Source: Octopus sinensis (taxonomy: Eukaryota). From it: 64,000 nucleotides of DNA. A program made the position numbers and the translations under genes. Shown here in pieces: positions 37,227 to 52,422 of this stretch. Below the pieces are notes generated by a model. That model was not told the origin of the DNA. It did no database searches and saw nothing but the letters and a program-made list of their open reading frames with translations. Positions within the stretch are counted from its first letter, which is position 1. Every line of letters begins with the position of its first letter. Location of the stretch: NCBI RefSeq assembly GCF_006345805.1, contig NC_043008.1:33728001-33792000 (forward strand). The letters run 5' to 3'.

Positions 37227-38187
37227 TCTTTCGTTTGTAGTAGCACGTTTCCGTCGATGATTTCCGTAAAAAACTTTTATTTTTTTACATATGGGCTTGC
37301 GGGAACATTTGAAGTAATGAGAGCGAAAGAGACTAAGAGGAAGCGATTTTATGACGAGGGAATTTCTTTTGAAGTTACCGAAGCACATATACACATACAC
37401 CGAGTAAAAAATTACACTGAATCGTCCATACATACATACATACATACATACATACATACATACATACACACATGCACACACATACTTACACACACACACA
37501 CATACATAGATACATACACACACACACATACATGCAGACATACATATACACATACACCGAGTAAAAAATTACACTGAATTGGCCATACATACATACATAC
37601 ACACATACACACACACACACACATACATTTACACATACATACACCGAGTAAAAGATTACACATATCGGCCATACATACATACATACACACACACATACAT
37701 AGATACATACACACATACATACACACACACATACATAGATACATACACACACACATACATGCATACATACATATACACATACACCGAGTAAAAAATTTCA
37801 GTTATCTCTCTCTTCCACACATTACTCTCTCTGTCTCTTCACACACACTAACAGAAGCACTTCACTTACACAACATACTGTCTGTCTCCCACACCCCATC
37901 AAACACACACACACGCGCGCGCGCACACACACACATGTACATCAATGCTTCGGTAACTTCAAAAGAAATTCCCTCGTCATAAAATCGCTTCCTCTTAGTC
38001 TCTTTCGCTCTCATTACTTCAAATGTTTCCGCAAGCCCATATGTAAAAAAATAAAAGTTTTTTACGGAAATCATCGACGGAAATGTGCTACTACAAACGA
38101 AATGTGCTACTACAAACGAAATCATCGACGGAAATGTGCTACTACAAACGAAATCATCGACGGAAATGTGCTACTACAAACGAAAGA
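37227..38187. mobile_element. MITE with ~160-bp TIRs, internal minisatellite and a reiterated right terminus
   Basis: TCTTTCGTTTGTAGTAGCAC...GAAGTTACCGAAGCA mirrored at 37945-38187. TA-flanked. Internal CACCGAGTAAAAAATTACAC repeats separated by (CA/TACA)n. Confidence 0.9.
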
Positions 38188-38202
38188 TACATATATATAT
38201 AT

Positions 38203-38636
38203 ATATAATTATAATATTAAGGTTTTTTTGCAACAAGTTGCTTAAACCACATACCGAAAATATTAGAAATAGCAGCCAAAGGACTACTATGTCTTTTACT
38301 ATAAACATAAGTCTCCACAGATATGTGTAACTCACATATGGCAAAAGGAGAAGAAAAACAACGAAACCACACAGTCTTCGGATTAATTATGGACGTACGT
38401 TTCTGGATTAGAATCGTAAAGTTCATTTCCTTATCAACATAATATTTCCCATAAATCTAGAATTGCTAGGAAAAACTTAGCTCTTATATTTTCGATCAAG
38501 CGACATCGAAAGATCGATACAAAAGTCCACTAGCATATCCACGTTTATATATTTATATTGGCTGCTATTTCTAATATTTTCGGTATGTGGTTTAAGCAAC
38601 TTGTTGCAAAAAACCCTTATTATTATAATTATATAA
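38203..38636. mobile_element. MITE with ~75-bp TIRs
   Basis: TATAATTATAAT..GGTTTTTTGCAACAAGTTGCTTAAACCACATACCGAAAATATTAGAAATAGCAGCCAA and its reverse complement at ~38557-38636. Confidence 0.85.
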
Positions 38637-38810
38637 ATTTTTACCGAATATGGTCCTTTTCCATACCGAAATACTACTAGGTGAAATTTATTTATTTTAT
38701 TAAATTAATTATATTCCACCCTTTATCTGTATTGTATATATACATATATATACATATCTATATATCTATATATACACATACATACATACATACACACACA
38801 AACACACTTA

Positions 38811-39381
38811 TGGTAACGAAGCCAAAGTTCACCGAGTAAAGTCACTTATCACAGGTCAACATTGAACTCTGATTTCTTGCTCACTTTTGCTGTTTATAGC
38901 AGTGCTTGGAAGGAAGGTGTGTAGCGTGTGATCATCACATTAACAATGACAGAGAACGTTATTATGGTGACACCTCCTCAGAAGCCTACATAGTGTTGCT
39001 AAAAGTGTATAGATAACAGCGCATGAGCCGCACACAAGTGTACAAGTAGTTCAGATGTTTCCAAGATGGCCGAAAATGTTGATATTGACGACTGTTCTGG
39101 GAGACACGCAACCAGCAGAATTGAGAAAATCATCCCTGATGCAGCAGTGAGGGGGAAATCGCCGAATCACATCCTTGAATTATCAGACGATGTGCAGATT
39201 AGTTACGGTTCAGTTCCGTCTATTGTCACTGAAGATTTGGACGTGAGATACGTGTCTGCCAAGTTTGAGCCAAAAAATCGGAAGTGAGCTATAACGTTAT
39301 ATCTTAGTGCGCATGTGAGGCAGAGTTCATGGTCAATCTGATCCAAGCAGCTTCACTTTCCATACTTTAGCTTCGTTACTA
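38811..39381 (+). mobile_element. Internally deleted mariner element
   Basis: TIRs TGGTAACGAAGCCAAAGT / ACTTTAGCTTCGTTACTA with TA TSD. Internal transposase HTH remnant SRTQVYK..DG.ENVDIDD.SGR..IS.GSV.SIVTEDL..VSAKF.PK. Confidence 0.8.
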
Positions 39382-40254
39382 TAGCAACAGTCCGGATACT
39401 TATTGATCAGACTATGTATACATATATACATACATATACATACATACATATGTATGTATATGTGTGTATATATGCATGTATATATATATGGGTATGTATG
39501 TATATTTGTGTATATATATGTGTATGTGAGTGTATGTGTGTGTATTTATGTGCCTGTATCATGTGTATGTGTCGTGTGACTGTCTGTCTGTGTGTGCATG
39601 TGTGTTTGTGTGTGTATCAGTATAAAAACGTTGTATAAGATATAGATTCAGTGAATTGTGTGACTGTCATAGAAAGCTCCTCTACCAGACTCAGCTAGCA
39701 GACAACATGATAATCCAAAACAAAACAGTGTAATGCAAAGTGCTCATGTAGCTGAAATACATAAAATCCAATCAATGAAATTATTTTAATTAGTAGTATA
39801 TAAGACGCAAAACATCAGACAATATCAGAATTGAATATATTTATTTAACATTTAACATCTACAGGGTTACAGTTGTTTCGCAGCCTATTTCATGTAGAAA
39901 GAATTTCAGTGTGCAGCAAGTCATGTTTACATGTCTTCATTAATATGCATGCTATGCATTATACAATTCCTCTTCACAAATGAATGCAAGTAAAGTAAGC
40001 TAATCATCAGATCACCAGAACATCGAAGTAATACCAACAATTTAATGATTTGTGAATATACAATCGTATTGTATAATACACATCATGCATATGGATTTAA
40101 TCATGTGAACATAATTTATTGCACACTGAAATTATTACTGCATAAAGAATGTTTCAAAACAGCTGTAATCCTATAGATGTCAAGTGGTTAAATAAACTTA
40201 TTCACCTCATACCTCCTGGTTCTTTATGGTTTATACATATACCTACCTACCTAC

Positions 40255-40371
<117 letters not shown>

Positions 40372-40789
40372 GGTGACACCTCATCAGAAGCCTATATATA
40401 TATGATGGGTTCTCTTGTGTGTAAACTACAAATGAGGGTTCAGTAAAATAAAGCATTAATCATGTCCCATGGACATGAATGTGTCTCTTGAAGTCTGCTA
40501 GTGCTTTGCAGACCTTTTGGTGAATGGAACAAGTTGAGGACTTGGTTTTCTTGAGTGTATATGGATCAATCACACTGTATTTTCTTGAGTGGATGGCAAG
40601 ACCTGCTTTGCTTTGAGCTATAAAATTATAATGACAGTTAAGGTTTCCATTTAGAGGAGCAACATTTTGCCAGTGTGCCTTCGTGCTTGCACAAACTTGC
40701 TTCTGATGTTGGAGTTTACTTTGCTCAAATCTTTGAACTGGACAAAAGAAGGCCTGGTGCCAGGTCCTGCGTTCTGATGCTTGTTTTCC

Positions 40790-41715
40790 AGGAAGAAAAG
40801 GGAATGTTGCATTGCTCCAGATGGAATAATAATATTAGAAAGCTTCTACCCCTACTGGTGACAAAGGGCCTCTCACCCAGAGTGAAAAGCAGATTGTACG
40901 ATGCATGTGTGCGAACTGCCATGCTTCACGACAATGACTGCGGAGGACATGTGTTGGCTCGAAAGAAATGAAGCTAGCACGATCCGCTGGATGTGTAATG
41001 TCAATATGCACACACGACAGAGTGTAAACGCCCTGAGAGAAATGTTGGACATATGAAGCATCGGATGTGGCTTGCAAGAGAGTCGTTTGCGCTGGTGTGG
41101 CCATGCACTACGGATGGATGAGGAGACCTGTGTGAAGAAGTGCCACTTCCAAACAGTTGAAAGAATCCGGGGTAGAGGTAGACCCAGGAAGACATGGGGT
41201 GAGGTGGCGAAGCATGACCTTGGAACGTTGGGCCTAACAGAGGCAATGACGAAAGACCGAGACCTCTGAAGATATGCGTGACTGCAAAGAAACGGTAAAT
41301 AAAGTTAGTTCACAGCTGTATCCTACATCAGTTTCGCATAACCAACCCCAGCACATTTAAACGTACCTTGAATCGTAGGGCAACCTGCTGTGCTTGAGGA
41401 GATCTATTGAGCCAAGTACATCAACATCAAAACGAAAATCAAATGGAAATTGTAGTTGTGCCGGTGGCACGTAAAAAGCAACATCCAAATGTGGCTGATG
41501 TCAGCGCCGCCTTGACTGGTTTTCGTGCTGGTGGCACGTAAAAAGCATCCACTACACTCATGGAGTGGTTGGCGTTAGGAAAGGCATCCAGCTATAGAAA
41601 CACTACCAAATCAGACTGAAGCTTGTTGCAGCCTCCTAGCTTCCCAGACCCCAGCCGAACCGTCCAACCCATACTGGCATGGAAAACGAACGTTAAACAA
41701 TGATGATGATGATGA
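40790..41715 (+). mobile_element. RTE LINE 3' fragment plus 3' UTR
   Basis: LLPLLVTKGLSPRVKSRLYDACVRTAMLH; QESRLRWCGHALRMDEE..GRGRPRKTW; (GAT)n tail. Confidence 0.9.
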
Positions 41716-42056
41716 CATGCAGAAACACCCGGCCTTAGTCGGGATTAAAATGGTATAGAGTTTTTATCGTTTTACTTATTTCGGTCATGTGACTGTGGCC
41801 ACGCTGGAGCACTGCCTTTAGTCGAAGAAATCGATCCCAGGATATATTCTTTGTAAGCCTAGTACTTTTTCTATCGGTGTGTTTTGCGAAACGGCTAAGT
41901 TATGGGGACGTAAACACAGCAACATCGGTTGTGAAGCGATGAAGGGGGTACAAATACGGGACACACACACACATATATGTATATATACATATATATAGGT
42001 ATATTTACATATATATAGATGTATATATACATCTATATATACATATGTATGTATAC

Positions 42057-44000
42057 TAGCAAAGCATCCTGGCGTTGCCCAGGTGTTATGGCCTATAGCC
42101 ACATTGTATTATTTGTGTGTTTCTTACGGGCAGAATCGGCACACAAGGAGTGTAAGGCAAACAACACTTCTTTATAAACATGATCTTCGGTCGTTTTGTG
42201 ATGAAAAACGCTGAAATTGTTGACACCAAAAACAGGTAGAATGGCATCTTAGAGTAGAATGAAATCCTAACATTGCCCCCCAAATGACTTACGGATTTAA
42301 AGAAATTGGATGACGTGTGATGATGTAAAGGTATCCGTCTTGTACAAAAGTAAAGTACAAGGAAAGAAAGCTGCTTCACTGTGAAAAGCATCAGACTGCA
42401 CACTTCAAGATAAGTTATGTGAAACCGACAATGCTTCTGGGTAAACTATGTTTTGTGTAAGCCTCGTGTTGATAGAATAAATATACAAGTCATCTGCACT
42501 GCTAACTCGAGAGCATGTGACATATAGTTGTCCGTGAGAAAATTGTAAATTGAGACACACAATTTTTAAAGTTTGGCCCTGGGAAGTGGAGGCGCTTGAA
42601 TTGAAATGACACATTTGAGGGAACAAGGAGCATGCGTGGAATGTATGCGATCTCTCCTCAATGACAGCCGACAATAATGGTTGCTTGTCGTTGTAGTAAG
42701 TCAATTTTGTACCATTGCATAGTGGTGGTGGGTCGAAATTCGTCAAGAGCAAGATAGGTGTACCTTTCTTTAGGAACAACTAATGGGGTGGCAGACCTCT
42801 GGGTTGTAGAAAGTTGAGAAATTCAACTGGAGACTCAACAGTGGCATGTTCGTCGATGGTAGTATCAATGGAGACAAACGTTGAAGTATCTCCAGGTAGA
42901 ATGTGGAGGAGTTCATGGATTACATTATCAACGCTTTCCTTCCGAGGTGCTCTCTCTGCTTTTTTGAAGTTGTCTTACAATATGGGAAATACCTTTTCTT
43001 TAAGCTCGGCCAATGTAGACACCATATGCCAACAGTGCAGTACATGCTGTTGCAGGGTGTTATTCAGAGGTAAGGAGCCATTTCCACTTTATAGAAGTTG
43101 ATGAAAGAATTCCTCAGCTAAGGGCTCGTTGTAGAGATGAGCTCGCATATTGTTGCTTAATGAAAGCAGACAAACAAACCTCCACAGAAGTGAAAACTTT
43201 AGACAGATAGATGTCGTCAGCTCGCGTACCCCGTGCTATGACTGGTAATATTTGACGGAAATCCCCTGCGAGGACAACAATTAAGCCCCCACCCCCATAA
43301 TGGCAGTATTATTTCTAATGTCACTTAGTGACCTATCTAGGGCTTCTAGTGCACCACGGTGTGCAAATTGTTCATTCATCCCAGACAATAAGTGCAGTTT
43401 AGAGCAGAACTTCTGCCGTCGGAGATCGTTTTGAAATATTACACATTCGGGCATGGCTGAAGTGAGTTTTCTTGAGCACAAATAGAGGTGGGTTTTTTAG
43501 CGGCCCTTGTTTGTGGAGATAAATGAGAATGTTTTCGTTTTGGTGGCATGGATGAAAAGAGCGAGCGATTAAGGAATATATGAGATGGAAGACAGAGGAA
43601 TTCGAAGTTGTGCACCGTATTATTTAAGTTTTTAGTAATGAATGAAATGATGTAGAAAAATTCATACATCAATTTGTATCCCGTTATTATGAGAAGAAGC
43701 TGTAAACCCTGAATGATTTGGCTATGTTCTGTCTTGATAAGCGTAATACATTCAGTTAACTGATACATGGTGGAGTGGATTACTGGCGTAATGGAAGTTA
43801 TTGTTTGTCCAGAAGTGAAGTGGGGAGGGTACACTTTGCATGAAAGTGAATTATGTTCTTGAGAAGGATCACAAACTATGTACTGTTTCATAGAATAAAA
43901 AGGGGTTAATATGATTTTTGCCGAGAAATCCTGTTTTCAAAATTATAATTTGCCACCTCCTAGCGGAAATTTCCTAATTTTTAACTGTCTTCCGAATTTT
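42057..44000 (-). mobile_element. Internally deleted autonomous-type Helitron (Pif1-like helicase fragments)
   Basis: LKKGTPILLLTNFDPPPLCNGT; SQGQTL..FSHGQLYVTCSRV..TQNIVYPEAL; ALEALDRSLSDIRNN; N-terminal MPPKRK. Canonical 3' end: hairpin CCTGGGCAACGCCAGG, CTAG, T at ~42057. Confidence 0.9.
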
Positions 44001-44390
44001 GTTTTTTATGCACGTGGAAAAATACAGAGATTACGAAAGTGGGAAATATAACTTGTTATTGAAAACGAATTTTTTCTGAAAGAAATACTTAATGCCCCTT
44101 CCCCCACCTTGGCCACCCAACAGCTACCTGCTTTCGGGTGAAATGCAAATCTCCTGTATGGAAAACATAGGGATGTGAGTAAATTGAGGAAGGGAATAAG
44201 TGGTGGGTGGGATACGCAAATGTCATGTCGGACATGCTAGAAACAAGAGAACAGGTAAAGGACAGGATTTCTGAGGTAACTTCCTTATAAGATTTAATGG
44301 AAGATCAAGCTTTGAAATACGCTCATCACAAACAGGGACGACAGAATAGGAAATTATATAATTCATACCGAACTTTAACTCTGTGTGTGT

Positions 44391-44450
<60 letters not shown>

Positions 44451-45028
44451 GAGTGTGTGTGTATAAGAGAGAGAGAGTGTGAGTGTGTATATGTGTGAAA
44501 GAGAGAGAGAGAGTGTGTGTGTGTGTGTGTGTGCCAAAAGGACGTTATTTTTGCATACCTTTCTTAATTCCAAAAGAAAGAAATGTAGTGAAGTTGTAAT
44601 ATGTTAACAGCAAAAGGTCTCTGCATTATAATGAGAAACTGAAAGAGAAAGCTAATGCCTTATTCTACTCACGCATGAAACATGGGACGAAAGTGGAAGT
44701 GACTCTAAAATTGTAAGACACATTATTTCTGGGGTTCTCAGCGTCCCCATCTCTCACGATTTAACCGCTCTCTTTGTGCCGGCTTTCTTTCACTTTCACC
44801 TATACAAGATACATAGGGTATGATGCATCAGCGTCCGTCTCTCACCCGCCATCCGTCTTTCAACTTCTCCTTTAGAAACTTGTTTTCTGTCTCTGTTTTT
44901 TCCGTTGTTTCTCTATCTTTTGTCTCATTCTGCGTTCCACTCAGTCATTCCGTTATAATTACTGTATTTGATGGCCTATAAGAAGCACCATTATTACCCA
45001 AAAATGGCTTTAAAAAATCCCCTTTCAG

Positions 45029-45067
45029 CCAATGCACTAAATGTAAGCTCAAAAGTCACTCAAAACG
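45029..45067 (+). CDS. Host gene stalk mini-exon: (A)NALNVSSKVTQN
   Basis: tcccctttcAG / GTATGT, 39 nt, phase 1-1, open. NVS sequon. Confidence 0.6.
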
Positions 45068-45770
45068 GTATGTATGTTTATAAAATGTGTGCTGGCATGT
45101 ATTGATGAACGATCGCCTAAGGTATGTTTATATCGAATATGTGAACAGTAAATTGCTTATAATTACCGGTAATAACATAAAGTTATACAGGTAAATCGAG
45201 GAATTAAAACATTATTTGAGTGGTAATTTACATCACAAAAGTATAGCCTAGACTAGGGTGTGTCCTTTGCAGTCGTGCGTCTAATAGATCATCAAATACG
45301 GTAATTACTTTATGCTTTGAAGAGAGCAGAGATTGAAAGAAAAGGGAAAGCGAAAAGGGGACAGAAAGCAGAAAGTGAAAGATATATGTGTGTACAAGAG
45401 AGAGAGAGAGAGAGAGAAAGAGAGATAGAGAGATAGAGTGAGTGAAGGTGTGTATCGTGATGATGGATGTCTTTTAAGGTAAACACTTATATAGAAAATG
45501 TGACGTCATCGTCGTCGTATAAAAAGTTTATGATAGTTTACTTATGGAAAAGATTATGATTTTAAAATTTTGTAATACAATTATGTCAATTAAAATTAAT
45601 TGGTAGCGGAAAGAGTACTGAACCTTTTGATACCCATACGCCAAAATCGGCAACTCGGTTTTGGAATGCATGAGGTACATACGCTGGCGGGCGCACACAT
45701 ACAAACACACACACACACACACACTCTCTCTCTCTCTTTTATAGATATAGATATACACATGTATATATAT

Positions 45771-45831
<61 letters not shown>

Positions 45832-45953
45832 TTACATATATATAAACCTATATATGTACATCTATACATATACATCCATATATATTCATATATATACATA
45901 CATTTATATGTATACATATATACACATATATGCATGCATACATATATTTATAC

Positions 45954-45984
<31 letters not shown>

Positions 45985-46076
45985 CATATATATAAATATG
46001 TATACATACATATATACATATATATAAATATGTATACATACATATATAAACATATATATCTATACATACGCATGTA

Positions 46077-46201
<125 letters not shown>

Positions 46202-46251
46202 AATATAGTAAAATGTGAAAGATTTATCCACTCGATTTTTTTAATGCCCAG

Positions 46252-46347
46252 CTCATGTTAGAGAACCAACTATTCCATATACTTCATATGGCAGTACCCA
46301 GAACATAATGACTGATTCAGAAGAAAATACATCAGCATCAGTTTTTG
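46252..46347 (+). CDS. Host gene stalk exon: (A)[31 protein letters not shown]
   Basis: tttttttaatgcccAG / GTATGT, 96 nt, phase 1-1, open. S/T/P-rich, NTS sequon. Confidence 0.7.
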
Positions 46348-46937
46348 GTATGTATTTCTTTGATTTTTCGTGTATATGGAATGCTAGTTCCGCCTTCTAT
46401 AAACTTCTTCAACCATCTCTCCATTCTGTTCATATACATCCATCAGGCCATACATAGGATTGGATTTGTTTAGTTCAACCTTCTGATGATATTGTATGTT
46501 TCCCTTTTTTATTCTTTCACTAATCTCTCTGTGAATTGTGTCATCGCTGTCAACAACCTGTAGCTGTCTCAGCCTGCAGCCCCTCTTTGTCAAGAACTCA
46601 GTAACAGTACACTATTTCTCCTTGAAACCCATTATTTGTTTACAATGAAGAAGAAAAATCCTTTCTATTATAGATACAATGCCTGAGATTTTGGGGGAGG
46701 GCGCTAGTTGATTTCATTGATTCCAGAACTGGTACTTATTTCATTGACCAAAAAAGACAAAGTCAACTCATGCAGCATTTAAACTCAGAACATAAGATGG
46801 ACAAAATGCTGCTGAGTATTTTGTCCATCCAGCTAACAATCCTTCCAGTTTGCTGCCTTAATGAATAGGAATAATACAAGGAAGAAGCATTACTATGGAA
46901 GTGTTATTGTACCAACATATACAATTTGAATGACCTA

Positions 46938-48228
46938 CGAGGGGCGTTCAATAAGTAATGACCCTGACCCACTTCCCATAGCAGTAGAGCAACGAAACTT
47001 GGCACAGTAATTTGTCTTTTTCTACATAGGAACCACCCAGAGTTACGCATTTCTCCCATCGTTTGATGCGGCTCTGGAGACCGTTTTTGTAGAAGAACCC
47101 AGCTTGGTCCTCCAACCTCAACGTGACTTCAGAAATCAAGGCTGCATCATCTGGGAAACGTTTTCCTTTCAAAAACAACTTCATGATTGGGAAGAGGTGA
47201 AAATCAGAGGGTGCAAGGTCAGGAAAGTAGGGGGGATGGGGAGGAGTTCATAGCCATACGCCTGTGCTTCTGATCTGGCGACAAGCGAGTTGTGGACCGG
47301 AGCGTTGTCCTGCAGGAGGAGGATGCCTTTGCTGATCTTGCCCCGCCTCTTGATTTTGATAACTTCTCTTAATTTCCTCAAAAGTGAAGCATAATAGGCT
47401 CCTGCAATTGTGGTACCCTTTGCCAGGAAATCTGTCATCACTACTCCGTCCTGGTCTCAGAAGACTGTGAGCATGACCTTGACAGCGGAGGGCTGCACCC
47501 TTGCCTTCTTTGGAGGGGGTGAGTCACAGTGCTTCCACTGCATTGACTGGGCTTTGGTCTCTGGATCATCGTGATGGACCCAGGTTTCATCCTGTGTAAT
47601 CAGTCTTTTGAAAAAGTTTGACTCATCTTCTTGGCACATCTCCAAATTCACCCTCGAGCACTCGACGCGTTCTTGCTTCTGGAAAGGCGTGAGCAACCTG
47701 GGAATCCATCTGGCAGACACCTTTTGCATATGCAAATGGTCATGAATGATAGTTTCCACAGACCCGGTACTAATCTTGACCTCATGGGCTATTTGGCGAA
47801 TAATTATGCGTCGATCTTCCAAAATGGCAGCCTCAACTTGACGAACAGATGCCTCATCAATGGCAGAAGGGGTCGACCAGATCTGGGAGCTGTTTCCACA
47901 GAGTTCCGACCATGTTTGAATTCACGATGCCAGCGTTTTACAAGGTCATATGATGGGGCATCATCACCATAAGTTACTTTCATTTCATCAAAAGTCTCCC
48001 GTGGTGTGCGTCCTTTCAAATACAAAAACCGGATCACTGCTCGACACTCAACAGGCTCCATTTCACACTTGACTCGGTTCAAACACCTGTAAATCATAAA
48101 CCACAATTAATTCAGAGCTGTAATTTGCCACTTACTCTATAGAGATATAAATGATTGCACATGCAACATTTCAGCTAGATCAAACAACTGCAAGTGAGTC
48201 AGAGGCATTACTTATTGAACGTCCCTCG
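46938..48228 (-). mobile_element. Full-length mariner transposon (1291 bp), frameshifted transposase
   Basis: TIRs CGAGGGGCGTTCAATAAGTAATG / CATTACTTATTGAACGTCCCTCG with TA TSD. ATG at 48061: MEPVECRAVIRFL.. WIPRLL, TQDETWVHHD, LLQDNAPVH, FY..GLQ..IKRWEKCV..GSYVEK. Confidence 0.95.
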
Positions 48229-48230
48229 TA

Positions 48231-48592
48231 TGTCAGTTACTTAAAAAGTTACGCCTACTTTTGCTTTATTTTAGTTAGTTAGAGTTAGGGTTAGGGTCGG
48301 GGGAAGGGTATCTTTTTTTCTTCGCAAATGTAAATAAACCCAATCTGTTTCTTAATCGAGGGACATATTCATACAGCACGGAATGTTGTTTACCTAAATG
48401 GAGGTCAGCGATTGGTTAAAATTGCCGAAATGCTTGAAATTAAAGTGGAAATATGTTACGACATATAGAATTTTCTCAATAAAGCCAAGAAAAAATGATG
48501 TTTTATAAACACATTCTACCAGTATACGAAGTTTAAAAGTGTTTAGTTAACTAGAAATTGTGTTGACATGTGCCGTTCAAAAGGAAAAGATC
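48231..48592. mobile_element. Partial copy related to the foldback family at 11789-12840
   Basis: Shares GTTAGGGTTAGGG, ATTGGTTAAAATT, CACATTCTACCAGTATACGAAGTTT and TTCAAAAGGAAAAGATCC. Confidence 0.75.
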
Positions 48593-48651
48593 CAGTAGAT
48601 GTTTGTAAGCCATTCAACAACGCGCGCACACACACACACACACACACAAAT

Positions 48652-48716
<65 letters not shown>

Positions 48717-49076
48717 GAGAAACGGTTGGTTCACTGCAACATTTAAATCTCATTTCAATCTCGATATTTTTGTCGGTTTGAAACCGAGATTTGTTCACTG
48801 ATAAAACAGAAGCAGCGCGACACAAACTAAAGTCAGATTAGACACAAACGAAAGTTAAATTTTGCAGGGCAAGTAACGGCTTTTGTTGTTCTGGAATTGC
48901 TTACAAACATCTTACACGCTGCAAATGCTTTAAAATATTCAACCTTACCCTGCCCCTATTTACTAAACTTTCCACTTTTTTCATTTTTTAAATTCTTTAT
49001 ACAGACAATTCAAGTTATTAAAATAAATTCTCTTTAACATGCCTTTAAATTATGTTATAGAAATAATTATAACCTG

Positions 49077-49138
<62 letters not shown>

Positions 49139-49164
49139 AATATATATATATATGTATATATAAG

Positions 49165-49206
<42 letters not shown>

Positions 49207-49955
49207 ATGTGTATGTATATGTATGTATAGAGCAGACCTCTTTCAAACTGAAAGTATTATCTCACATTACAATAGAGACGTAATACTGAAATAGTGGGCG
49301 AGATGAGATTGCTCTGGGCTCGCAATAGGCATGAAGTTGGAAAATTTTGGGGCTCTTGACACTGCATGGACCTTGGCTTGAAGCCTGTTACTTTAAGTAT
49401 TTTACTTTGTGTTTATGTATATATGTATATATAAGCCAATGAGGGGACCCCCACATGGTAGGTAGACGTAGCTAGACCTGGTAGAAATAGTAGCCAAGTC
49501 TCCCTCAAAACACCCTACTGTCATAATCCGACAATTCTGCCTATTATTTAGTTTAAATGATAGACTGTAACTAAAGAATAAGATTATTAACGCCAACATT
49601 TTAAGCGTTTAAATAGCAATAACATTTTTTTTGCTTACTTAAAATGGTTGCCTTTTAACTCGTAGTTTTTCATGTCAGCTCTAAAGGTGAAGAGGGTTAA
49701 TTTGGCGCTGTTATGTAGTGGAGATGTTCGGTGATTGTATGTGGTTGTTACTTTTCACTGGTTCTTCTGAATAAGGATAATTGATTGATAACAAATCTTA
49801 ACACAATATATATATATATATATATATATACATACAACTTCAAGTGGAATCGGACATCATAAGAGAGACAGAGAGAGTAAAGAAGAGAGACAGCATAGCG
49901 ACAGTTCTGGCTGATTGTCATCCTGCACTTTCCTTGGTGCTAGCAAAATGCTATG

Positions 49956-51437
<1,482 letters not shown>

Positions 51438-51451
51438 GGTGATATACAGGT

Positions 51452-51690
51452 ATTATATATTAGGAAAAATAAGGTACTCAGAGATCTGGTTGGTTGTACA
51501 TTTACAGATTTTTCTTAATGTCATATGTTTTTATAAATCATATACTAGTGCTTGCATCTACGCTAGTAGATTTTTCAGATTTGAAGAAATCTGAAGAATC
51601 TACAAGAGTTTTATAAAAACATGTGACATATTAATAAAAAATCTGTAAATGTACAACCATCTAGATCTCTGAGTACCTTATTTTTCTAAT
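51452..51690. repeat. ~240-bp AT-rich palindrome with an inner second hairpin
   Basis: AAAAATAAGGTACTCAGAGATCT..TTGTACATTTACAGATTTT..ATGTTTTTATAAA is mirrored. Inner hairpin GTAGATTTTTCAGATTT/AAATCTGAAGAATCTAC. Confidence 0.85.
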
Positions 51691-52170
51691 ATATATATAT
51701 ATTTAAACACAAAGTGTAAACACAACAACGCGAGGACGTGGAACAAGTATGGTGTTATTGGACGCTCAGGAAAGGAAAGAAAGAAGGAGGAAACAACGTT
51801 TCGAGCGGAGCTTTTCGTCAGAAACATAGAAAAAGGAAAGATCCAAGGGAAGACGGAGGAAAAAATCGACAACGATACACACGCACACACACACACACAC
51901 ACATATATATCTATATACATACACAAACATGCATCTGTGTTTATTTTTATATACAAGTTGTAGATATGAACATTAAATGATTATTCTGAGAACAGTAAGG
52001 GAGCTGGAAGTTAAAAGGGAGCCGTGAAATATACAATATCTTTTAGAATTGTATCATTTACTCTGTGGAATGTAATTGCAAGTTGAAAGCAAAGAAAAAA
52101 AAAAGAAACATGTTGTAATATAGCTTATTGATCTCATTTTTTGTCTATTTTCTTTCTTTTGTCTTTATAG

Positions 52171-52212
52171 ATACTGATACTACTTCAAGTACGAACGATC
52201 GACCAAAAATAA
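52171..52212 (+). CDS. Host gene stalk mini-exon: (D)TDTTSSTNDRPKI
   Basis: Long pyrimidine tract ending tttatAG / GTATGA, 42 nt, phase 1-1, open. Confidence 0.7.
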   Translation: MLILLQVRTIDQK

Positions 52213-52422
52213 GTATGAGCTTATTTTACGATATATTTTTTAAGAATTTAATCTTGTAAAGTAATCATACTCATCTTCTTTCTTTACGATTATCGATGAG
52301 ATATTCACATCTACAAGGCAGATGATCTCTGTAACAGTACCTACTTCTTATTACTCCGCCTGTTATACTTACATGTGTCAGAATTTTTATGAGCATGTTC
52401 CACCGTGTTTTCCTTATGTTGA

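Noticed and set aside
38085-38187. CRISPR-like repeat array
   Set aside because: Eukaryotic context, no unique spacers, no cas genes. It is reiteration of a MITE terminus.
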